Of a stretch of 32,000 nucleotides of DNA, positions 10,315 to 17,048 are shown piece by piece. The notes under the pieces were generated by a model. That model saw only the letters and a program-made list of their open reading frames with translations, was not told the origin of the DNA and did no database searches. The stretch comes from Acaryochloris thomasi RCC1774 (lineage in GTDB: Bacteria; Cyanobacteriota; Cyanobacteriia; Thermosynechococcales; Thermosynechococcaceae), in the NCBI RefSeq assembly GCF_003231495.1, contig NZ_PQWO01000011.1, positions 120,001 through 152,000 of the forward strand, in the 5' to 3' direction. How positions within the stretch are numbered: position 1 is the stretch's first letter; the number at the start of each line of letters is the position of its first letter. A program made the translations under genes and the position numbers.

Positions 10315-11055
10315 ATGGCACTTAGTCAGCAAAAGAAGTCATTTCTATTCGCCCTTGGTCTAGTCTTGTCATTTCTATATGGAATCATTACGGTTGAATA
10401 CAAGATATTCCCTTATAAAAATTTGCGAGCCGTTAAGAAAACGGTCGCTCCGGAACCTGCTTTGAGCCACGCTAAAAAATCAAACGCTTCAAATATTTAC
10501 CTGCAAAGAAAATCTTTCTTCAGTTTTCATGGTCAGCCCCACAACATTGTCATGGTCGGAGACAGCATTACAGGCCGAGCAGAGTGGGTAGATCTGTTCC
10601 CGTCTCTGAGTATTGCAAATCGAGGCATAGACGGCGATACAGCCGAGGGGATTCTCGCCAGACTTGACAGTATCTATTCTACGAAAGCTCAGAAAGCTTT
10701 TATTCAGGTAGGTGTCAATGATTTTAGTTTAGGTGTACCTGTTTCTGAAGTACAGGCCAACTATAAAGAGATTGTCATGCGCTGCAAAGAGCGCGGCATG
10801 AAGGTTTATATCCAGTCCACGATTTTGGCTGGAGCAAAATATGTAGAGATCAACTCCAACATTCTCGCTCTCAATACGTTCCTTAAACGGCTAGCCGATG
10901 GCAGTGAGGGTGTAACCTACATTGATCTCAATCAAAGACTTGCCAAAGATAACTTTTTAGATACTCAGTTTTCACCGGATGGCATCCATCTGAACGGAGC
11001 TGGCTACAAAGTTTGGAAAGATATGATTCATGACGAAATGCTGAGTCATTCATGA
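10315..11055 (+). CDS. SGNH/GDSL-family hydrolase with N-terminal membrane anchor
   Basis: 246-aa ORF with ATG at 10315. All four SGNH blocks are present: GDSIT (block I Ser), NRGIDGDT (block II Gly), GVND (block III Asn) and DGIHLN (block V Asp-x-x-His). The N-terminal hydrophobic helix is FLFALGLVLSFLYGIITV. The gene is visibly more AT-rich than its neighbours. Confidence 0.82.
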   Translation: MALSQQKKSFLFALGLVLSFLYGIITVEYKIFPYKNLRAVKKTVAPEPALSHAKKSNASNIYLQRKSFFSFHGQPHNIVMVGDSITGRAEWVDLFPSLSIANRGIDGDTAEGILARLDSIYSTKAQKAFIQVGVNDFSLGVPVSEVQANYKEIVMRCKERGMKVYIQSTILAGAKYVEINSNILALNTFLKRLADGSEGVTYIDLNQRLAKDNFLDTQFSPDGIHLNGAGYKVWKDMIHDEMLSHS

Positions 11056-11064
11056 CTCAACAGA

Positions 11065-11709
11065 TCACTTCAAAAATGAATCGATGCGCCTAAGCAAATT
11101 CTCTAGCAAGGGTTGAGAATCTTGGCCCAGAATCTTTTGAGCATCTTCTCCATAGGCTTTGACCTGATTAAAGCGGCGGATGACTTTCACAAGCCGACCG
11201 CCTTCGACTTCCACTTCGGGGGTGGGATAGTTTTCTATCGTGTCAATGAGTGTAATTTGCTGATCATCACTGGCATCTAGAATGAGTGCTGACCTGAGTG
11301 CCTGTTGATTGGATCGGTCAGAGGGGGTATGAATAACGTCCCCCACTTCTTTGAGTAACAGATCGCCGGGTGTGCTGTTGAGTAGTCGGTCAAGCTGCAC
11401 GGGGTTCATCGCTATTGGGTTGGTCAGCGTTTCTTGAACTTTATCGGGATCCTGCTTAGATACTTTCATGTATTTCCGTAGCTTGCGTGAGGCTTTGCCG
11501 GTTTCAGCAAACTCACGCAGGTCACTGACGGGAATAGAACGCGAAAGAGGGCCGTAGTTTAAGCGAACGCTGTCTGCAGCCAAGGTCGGTTTCATCGCAA
11601 AGCCAAGCGCTGCTATACCCACTGAGAGACCATACAAGAGGGTGCGTGTTCTCTGACTGCCGACTAACTGATGTGGAAAGAGCTGCACTAGCGGGAATCT
11701 CAAGTTCAT
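11065..11709 (-). CDS. DUF1400-like protein (cyanobacterial family; secreted/anchored)
   Basis: The ORF-track start at 11781 is TTG. The ATG at 11709 gives MNLRFPLVQL.... A signal-like segment follows (LLYGLSVGIAALGFAMKPTLAA). The core RLNYGPLSRSIPVSDLREFAETGK...ALRSALIL matches my recollection of the DUF1400 consensus. Confidence 0.6.
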   Translation of the reverse strand: MNLRFPLVQLFPHQLVGSQRTRTLLYGLSVGIAALGFAMKPTLAADSVRLNYGPLSRSIPVSDLREFAETGKASRKLRKYMKVSKQDPDKVQETLTNPIAMNPVQLDRLLNSTPGDLLLKEVGDVIHTPSDRSNQQALRSALILDASDDQQITLIDTIENYPTPEVEVEGGRLVKVIRRFNQVKAYGEDAQKILGQDSQPLLENLLRRIDSFLK

Positions 11710-11882
11710 GGTCTCTACGGGTCTTATTGACTGGGCATTCTCAATGCCCACGACCGCTTGCTGTAAGAGGAAGTTCCGCAAGTTTTTACTTCAAAACAGA
11801 ATCCTTAAGGAGAGCCAATAAAATTGAGTCAGTCTCTAACGCATGGCTAAACTGAATTAAGCAACGCTCAAGGAAAATTACG

Positions 11883-12740
11883 ATGAAAAAAGTGGGTCGT
11901 CGCAGCCGCAATGTTGAAGATCGGCGAGGGGGTGGCGTTCCCTCGGGGGCTGTGGCCACGGGAGGCTTGGGCACACTGGTCCTGGCGCTGATTGTGCTGG
12001 CTTTGGGCGGTGATCCGAGCTTTCTCTTAGACCAAGGATCCCCTTCCAATCCCGGCCAACAGGGGACTACGGTGAGTCGTGCGCGCTTGCCAGAAGAAGA
12101 CCAGCTTGCTGATTTTACGTCTGTGGTGCTGGCGGACACTGAGGATACCTGGAATGTTTTGTTCCGGGAGATGGGGCGTACTTATCAGGAGCCTAAGTTG
12201 GTTCTATTTACGGGGGCCGTCAATTCTGCCTGCGGTTTTGCAAAGGCTGCGGTGGGACCGTTCTACTGTCCGGGTGATCAGAAGGTCTACATTGACCTGA
12301 GCTTTTACAATGATTTAAAGACACAGCACCAGGCTCCGGGAGATTTTGCCCAAGCCTATGTGGTGGCCCACGAAATTGGTCACCATGTCCAAACGCTGCT
12401 GGGAATTTCTCAACAGGTGCAGGCTGCTAAGCAAAGGGTGAGCCAGATACAGGGCAATCAGCTTTCTGTCCGCCAAGAGCTTCAGGCAGACTGCTTTGCC
12501 GGGGTCTGGGCGCACCACGGTCAAAAGGAACGGCAAATTTTGGAAGAGGGGGATGTAGAAGAAGCCCTAAATGCGGCCTCTAGCATCGGGGATGATCGGC
12601 TGCAGCAGCAGGCTCGGGGCTATGTCTCGCCAGAGTCGTTTACCCACGGAAGTTCAGAGCAGCGGGTGCGCTGGTTTAAGCAGGGCATCAAAACCGGAGA
12701 CGTCAATCAGTGCAATACGTTTGAGGCGGCTAAGCTCTAG
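11883..12740 (+). CDS. ypfJ: YpfJ-like neutral zinc metallopeptidase
   Basis: 285-aa ORF. The N-terminus RRSRNVEDRRGGG is followed by a hydrophobic helix. The zinc motif is HEIGHHVQ, with a conserved LQADCFAGVW downstream. These match the YpfJ family as I recall it. Confidence 0.8.
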   Translation: MKKVGRRSRNVEDRRGGGVPSGAVATGGLGTLVLALIVLALGGDPSFLLDQGSPSNPGQQGTTVSRARLPEEDQLADFTSVVLADTEDTWNVLFREMGRTYQEPKLVLFTGAVNSACGFAKAAVGPFYCPGDQKVYIDLSFYNDLKTQHQAPGDFAQAYVVAHEIGHHVQTLLGISQQVQAAKQRVSQIQGNQLSVRQELQADCFAGVWAHHGQKERQILEEGDVEEALNAASSIGDDRLQQQARGYVSPESFTHGSSEQRVRWFKQGIKTGDVNQCNTFEAAKL

Positions 12741-13398
12741 GCTGCCTCATTTGATCGGCGGCTTTCTCGAAGGTCTCGGCAGCTTGAAGGGTGGCGTCAA
12801 CGTCGAAAAGCTGGGTTGCGATCGCATCCCCAACGGTAAACGTATCCAACCCCTGCCGCGCCAAAAACACGATATCTTCCACAGCCCGAATACTGGCAAC
12901 CAAAAGCTTCATGTCACTGCCTACACCATCCAGCGCCTGCTGCATCTGGGCCAAATCATCTCGCCCGTTGCGCCCTGAGTCCGTAATTCGTCCTAAATAA
13001 GGAGCCGCATATTCAGCTCCTAAAGAGGTGGCGAGCAGCACCTGATGACGAGCATAAACGCCGGTCATCGTCACCCGAATGCCGTCAACAATGAGTCGTG
13101 CGGCGGCAGTACAGCCCGCCTGCGTGATCGGAACCTTGACTACGATGCGATCGCTGATTTTGGCAAGCGCGTGCCCATTTTTATACAGGGTTTCTGGTTC
13201 TCTGCCCCAGGTTTGCATCTGGATCTCTTGGACGCCGAGGTCGAAGCCAGATTGGGCTAGAGATTTGAGGCTTTCTAGGGTGCAGGGGACTTGCGATCGT
13301 TCTAGCAGTGTTGGGTTGGTCGTAATGCCATCAAATACACCTAGGGGAAGCCAGCGATGCCATTGAGATTGATCAGCGGTGTCTAAAAATAGGTGCAT
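12730..13398 (-). CDS. Short-type transaldolase / fructose-6-phosphate aldolase family protein
   Basis: 222-aa ORF. It has FLDTAD and GITTNPTL motifs near the N-terminus and a Schiff-base lysine context IVVKVPIT. The 3' end overlaps the ypfJ-like 3' end by 11 nt in convergent orientation. Confidence 0.85.
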   Translation of the reverse strand: MHLFLDTADQSQWHRWLPLGVFDGITTNPTLLERSQVPCTLESLKSLAQSGFDLGVQEIQMQTWGREPETLYKNGHALAKISDRIVVKVPITQAGCTAAARLIVDGIRVTMTGVYARHQVLLATSLGAEYAAPYLGRITDSGRNGRDDLAQMQQALDGVGSDMKLLVASIRAVEDIVFLARQGLDTFTVGDAIATQLFDVDATLQAAETFEKAADQMRQPRA

Positions 13399-13500
13399 GG
13401 AGGTATAAGCGATTCATCAATTATTCAGCACAGTAGCACCCGATTTGCGTTTTTGACGCGCTGCTACAATCGAAGCGTTAGAGCCTCTTGACGGAGCAGT

Positions 13501-13956
13501 ATGCCGATCATCCGAGTAGCAGAACTGCACGAAATTTCAGCAATCAGATTGTTCTACAGCCGATGTGACTATGGCGGAGGCATAGAAGCAGGCGATCAGC
13601 TCTTTGTGGCTCAAGCAAACGGAGAAATTGTGGGGGCTGTCCGATTGTGCCCAGGCAATGATTTCATTGTGCTCAGAGGGATGCAGGTTCTATCGACCTT
13701 TCAGGGTCGAGGGATTGGAACAGAGTTACTTCAAACCTGTGCTCAGAAACTTGCCGATCACGTTTGCTATTGCCTTCCCTGGCGACATCTGCACTCGTTT
13801 TATAACCAGGCGGGGTTTTACACTCTTTCGCCTGCCGAAGCACCAGATTTGATGCGTGAGCGATTTGATGCTTACACAGATAAAGGTTTGAACGTCCTTT
13901 TGATGTGTCGATGCCCCAGCTTCGATGGGGAGACTGGGCATTCGTACACTTTGTAA
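13501..13956 (+). CDS. GNAT family N-acetyltransferase
   Basis: 151-aa ORF with the acetyl-CoA-binding motif FQGRGIGTELL (Q/RxxGxG/A) preceded by the beta-strand IVGAVRL. The size is typical of a single GNAT domain. Confidence 0.8.
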   Translation: MPIIRVAELHEISAIRLFYSRCDYGGGIEAGDQLFVAQANGEIVGAVRLCPGNDFIVLRGMQVLSTFQGRGIGTELLQTCAQKLADHVCYCLPWRHLHSFYNQAGFYTLSPAEAPDLMRERFDAYTDKGLNVLLMCRCPSFDGETGHSYTL

Positions 13957-14028
13957 TTACACTTGTGATGCTGCGCTAGGGTGAAAGTGGCACAGTGGGC
14001 AAAGCAACCTTTTTCCCAAAAATGACCG

Positions 14029-14274
14029 ATGAGTCTTGTAATTCCTGATGACATCCTCCAATCTACTCAGATGACCGAGGGTGAATTAAAGCTAGAAATT
14101 GCCATAATGCTGTACAAGCAGCAGAAAGTCAGCAGTGGCAAGGTTCGTGCCTGGACAGGGCTAACAGTGATTGAGTTCCAGCACGAATTAAAGGAGCGAG
14201 GACTTTACGCAAATTATGATGTAGAAGATTTTCAGTCAGATATGAGAACTTTGCAATCAAACGGTTTGCTTTGA
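14029..14274 (+). CDS. UPF0175-family antitoxin-like protein
   Basis: 81-aa ORF. LKLEIAIMLYKQQKVSSGKVRAWTGLTVIEFQHELKERGL matches the UPF0175 pattern as I recall it (...lYeegklSlgkaA...eF...L.erGi). Its stop overlaps the start of the next gene (TTGA at 14271-14274). Confidence 0.7.
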   Translation: MSLVIPDDILQSTQMTEGELKLEIAIMLYKQQKVSSGKVRAWTGLTVIEFQHELKERGLYANYDVEDFQSDMRTLQSNGLL

Positions 14275-14768
14275 TCATCGTTAGTGATACTTCACCGATT
14301 ACCAATTTGGCAGCGATCGATCAATTGGATTTGTTGCATCAACTCTATGGTTCCATCGTTATTCCGACAGCCGTTTACAACGAAATGGTTGCTGTGGATA
14401 AAGTTGTTCCGGGTGCCCTTGAAGTTCAGACCTTAAGTTGGATTCAGATGCAGGCCGTTGGTAACACCCGAAGCGTTGCTGATCTTCAAGTTAATCAAGA
14501 TGCGATTGATTTAGGTGAAGCTGAAGCAATTATCCTGACACAGGAACTCAACGCTGACTTACTCCTGATGGATGAACGACGTGGCAGAACGCTAGCGATC
14601 GCTTATGGTCTCAATGTGATAGGCCTTTTAGGCATTTTGCTGCAGGCTAAATCTAAAGGCTTGATTCCCACTGTTAGGCCCGTAATGGATCAGTTAGTTG
14701 ATGTGGCAAATTTCCGGGTGAGTACTCAGCTGTATGCAACGGTTCTACGAACGGCTAGAGAGTCGTGA
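14271..14768 (+). CDS. DUF3368-family PIN-like protein (putative toxin of the pair)
   Basis: 165-aa ORF with a TTG start overlapping the upstream stop. The N-terminus IIVSDTSPITNLAAIDQLDLLHQLYG and later GEAEAI are characteristic of DUF3368 (PIN-like), the usual partner of UPF0175. Confidence 0.7.
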   Translation: MIIVSDTSPITNLAAIDQLDLLHQLYGSIVIPTAVYNEMVAVDKVVPGALEVQTLSWIQMQAVGNTRSVADLQVNQDAIDLGEAEAIILTQELNADLLLMDERRGRTLAIAYGLNVIGLLGILLQAKSKGLIPTVRPVMDQLVDVANFRVSTQLYATVLRTARES

Positions 14769-14770
14769 CT

Positions 14771-15466
14771 CTAGAGACGATAGCTGCTGACGACACGACC
14801 TGCACCTCGAAACTGTTGATAGTAGGTTTTGCGAACAAGATCGCCTTCATCTAGTCGGTCAATGGCAATGGTGTTTCGCCCCTTCTCATGACCTGAACTA
14901 TGTATATATTCTCCATCACCGATATACATCGCAACATGGTCTGTCTTTTCAGGTTTACCGAAAAAAATTAAATCTCCTGGCTGCAGATGATTAAGGCAGT
15001 CTTCTGGATCTGATCCAGGCTCAGCAATAGTTTCGGTGAAGTCTTGCTGCTGATAGGAATCGCGGGGGAGCCAAATCCCCTGTTCGCCGTAAGCTCGCTG
15101 CATCAAACCGGAGCAGTCGTAGTTGGGGCCAAGCGTGCCGCCCCAGAGATAGATGTTGGGAACAGAGAGGGCTGATTTTGTGAATGCGATCGCATCTCCA
15201 ATCCGTTCTTGAACCTGAGCTGCCGTCACAACAGGAGCAACGTAGGGCGTTGTCGTAGGCTGAATTGACTCCAGATCCGCCACAGAGATCCAGCCAGAAT
15301 ACCCATCTTCACAGAGGCAAACTTGGATCGCTGCTTCAGTTTGTCCCTCCTCCACTTGCCGGAGGTGTCGTCCCTGTAGGGCTTGCGTTGCCAATGCTTT
15401 CAGTTCAGGCGAATCGTAGAGATTCAAATGAACTTGGGTTTGATATTCAAGACTAGGTTGTGCCAT
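14771..15466 (-). CDS. NlpC/P60 (C40) cell-wall peptidase with N-terminal SH3b-like domain
   Basis: 231-aa ORF. The catalytic Cys context is YDCSGLMQRAY and the His context is DHVAMYIGDGEYIHS. The N-terminal approximately 90 residues resemble a bacterial SH3-like domain. Confidence 0.87.
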   Translation of the reverse strand: MAQPSLEYQTQVHLNLYDSPELKALATQALQGRHLRQVEEGQTEAAIQVCLCEDGYSGWISVADLESIQPTTTPYVAPVVTAAQVQERIGDAIAFTKSALSVPNIYLWGGTLGPNYDCSGLMQRAYGEQGIWLPRDSYQQQDFTETIAEPGSDPEDCLNHLQPGDLIFFGKPEKTDHVAMYIGDGEYIHSSGHEKGRNTIAIDRLDEGDLVRKTYYQQFRGAGRVVSSYRL

Positions 15467-15689
15467 TCACTCGATTTAAAGCTTTCCCAGAGCAACCATA
15501 GACTATGAAACTGACTCTGTACAATTTCTGAATGCAGAAGAATTTTGATCTTGGCGGTTTAAGGGTTCACTCACTGAAAGACCTGAAAAAATCCGATTGC
15601 GGCAGTCGCGCTTGTCCTCCACACTAAAAGCAGCCAAGTTTAGGCCCTGGCTGCTTGGCACAGATAAGGTGTATCGGTCAGAGGTGACG

Positions 15690-17048
15690 ATGAATGGAAG
15701 CGCAGATTTAATGCATGAACAGCTCATTGAAGCTGCGAATCGGGCTATCTTCCAGTGCGATCAAGAGTATTTGAGAACCATCGAGGTAGACGTGCTGGCA
15801 GAATGCTTGGCAGGCCTGACCTACGAGACAATGGCCGAGAGACTAAACTACTCTGCCCGCTTTATTGCGGCGGATGTTGCCCCGAAGCTCTTTATCAAGC
15901 TCACCAGAGCTACGGGCGAAAAGGTCAGGAAAGTGACGTTGAGAGAGGCTTTGAAGCGGCTTCTTAAACAGCAGTCCGCTCCAGAAAAATCACTGAAAAC
16001 GTCACCGCTGGCCTATCGCCCCTATCCCGAGGGACCCGTTCCGCTCAGTTCGACTTTTTATATCAAGCGATCAGAGATCGAGAGCCATTGCTGTCAGGTT
16101 GTAATCAATCCAAGTACTTTAATTCGCATTAAGGCAGCCAAAGGGATGGGGAAAACCTCCCTGGTGAATCGGATCTTGCAATATGCCGAGATTTATCAAC
16201 ATCAGACCGCTTATTTGGACTGTCAGTCGTCGAGTCAGGCATCGCTCAAAGATTTAGAGCGATTTTTGCAGTGGCTCTGTCTCCAGATTGGACGACAACT
16301 GAAGCTAGAGAATAAGCTAGCCGATTATTGGGATTCAGAGCTACTGACTAGCATCGATAACTGCAGTCAATATTTTGAAGACTATCTGCTGCCCAGTACT
16401 GAGGAACCCCTTGTCCTTGCGCTAGATAGTGTTGAACAGATTTTCCCCTACCCCGATGTGGCGGGCGATGTGCTGAGGATGCTCAGGAGCTGGCACGAGA
16501 AGTCGAAAAGCTCACCGCTTTGGGAAAAGCTGCGGCTAGTAATTACCCATGCCACAGAAGACTATGTCTCTCTGGATATCAATCACTCACCCCTCACCAA
16601 CGTAGGAGAACCCATCTCTTTGGACCGGTTTACATCGGAACAGGTTCAGGAATTAGCGGAGCGGTATGAACTGCAGTGGCAGACGCAGCAAATCGAAAGT
16701 CTGCAGAAGCGGGTAGGAGGACATCCCTATCTGATTCATTTGGCAATTTACAAAAGTGCAGTTGAACAGATGTCTCTCCAGCATATTTTGGAGGCCTCAG
16801 ATCAAGAGACAGGAATTTACTTTAGCCACCTCTTAAGGCTGCGGGAAGAGCTGCTGCAGTCACAGGATTTAGCTGCTGCGTATGGTGAGATCGCAAACTC
16901 CCCCACCGGCATAGAACTCAACTCACTGCAGATCTACCACCTCCAGAGTCTTGGCCTAGTGAAGCTAACCGGAAATCTAGTGCTGCCGTCCTGCAGTCTC
17001 TATCAGCAGTACTTCCAGCGAGAATTAGGTCGTGATGCCGTCACGTAG
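15690..17048 (+). CDS. HTH-like N-terminal domain + AAA_35/STAND-like P-loop NTPase (Walker B acid degenerate)
   Basis: The ORF-track start at 15597 is TTG. The ATG at 15690 is preceded by GAGGTG (15681-15686). The N-terminal module VLAECLAGLTYETMAERLNYSARFIAADVAPKLFIKLTRATGEKVRKVTLREAL is the HTH-like head seen on many cyanobacterial NTPase/WD40 proteins. Walker A is AAKGMGKTS (16134-16160). The Walker B strand is PLVLALDSVE, with D-S at 16425-16430 instead of D-E. It also has the SPLTNVG and GGHPYL (STAND GxP-type) motifs. Confidence 0.75.
   Translation: MNGSADLMHEQLIEAANRAIFQCDQEYLRTIEVDVLAECLAGLTYETMAERLNYSARFIAADVAPKLFIKLTRATGEKVRKVTLREALKRLLKQQSAPEKSLKTSPLAYRPYPEGPVPLSSTFYIKRSEIESHCCQVVINPSTLIRIKAAKGMGKTSLVNRILQYAEIYQHQTAYLDCQSSSQASLKDLERFLQWLCLQIGRQLKLENKLADYWDSELLTSIDNCSQYFEDYLLPSTEEPLVLALDSVEQIFPYPDVAGDVLRMLRSWHEKSKSSPLWEKLRLVITHATEDYVSLDINHSPLTNVGEPISLDRFTSEQVQELAERYELQWQTQQIESLQKRVGGHPYLIHLAIYKSAVEQMSLQHILEASDQETGIYFSHLLRLREELLQSQDLAAAYGEIANSPTGIELNSLQIYHLQSLGLVKLTGNLVLPSCSLYQQYFQRELGRDAVT

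Noticed and set aside
8680-12817. HIP1-free gaps (8680-12817 and 22348-26751, each about 4.1-4.4 kb) as evidence of horizontally acquired islands
   Set aside because: With 21 sites in 32 kb (mean spacing about 1.5 kb), a Poisson model predicts roughly one or two gaps of at least 4 kb among 22 intervals. The gaps are not statistically informative on their own.
12571-13366. Several 69-135-aa plus-strand ORFs (12571-12978, 12791-13000, 13045-13260, 13079-13366)
   Set aside because: All are antisense to the transaldolase gene, which has clear catalytic motifs. None has recognisable features.
15597-15689. TTG-initiated N-terminal extensions on the ORF track (15597 for the HTH-NTPase, and likewise 19620 for SNF2, 5210, 4527 and 11781)
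   Set aside because: All use non-ATG codons far upstream of an ATG that yields a family-typical N-terminus. The 19620 extension would overlap the upstream gene by 25 nt.
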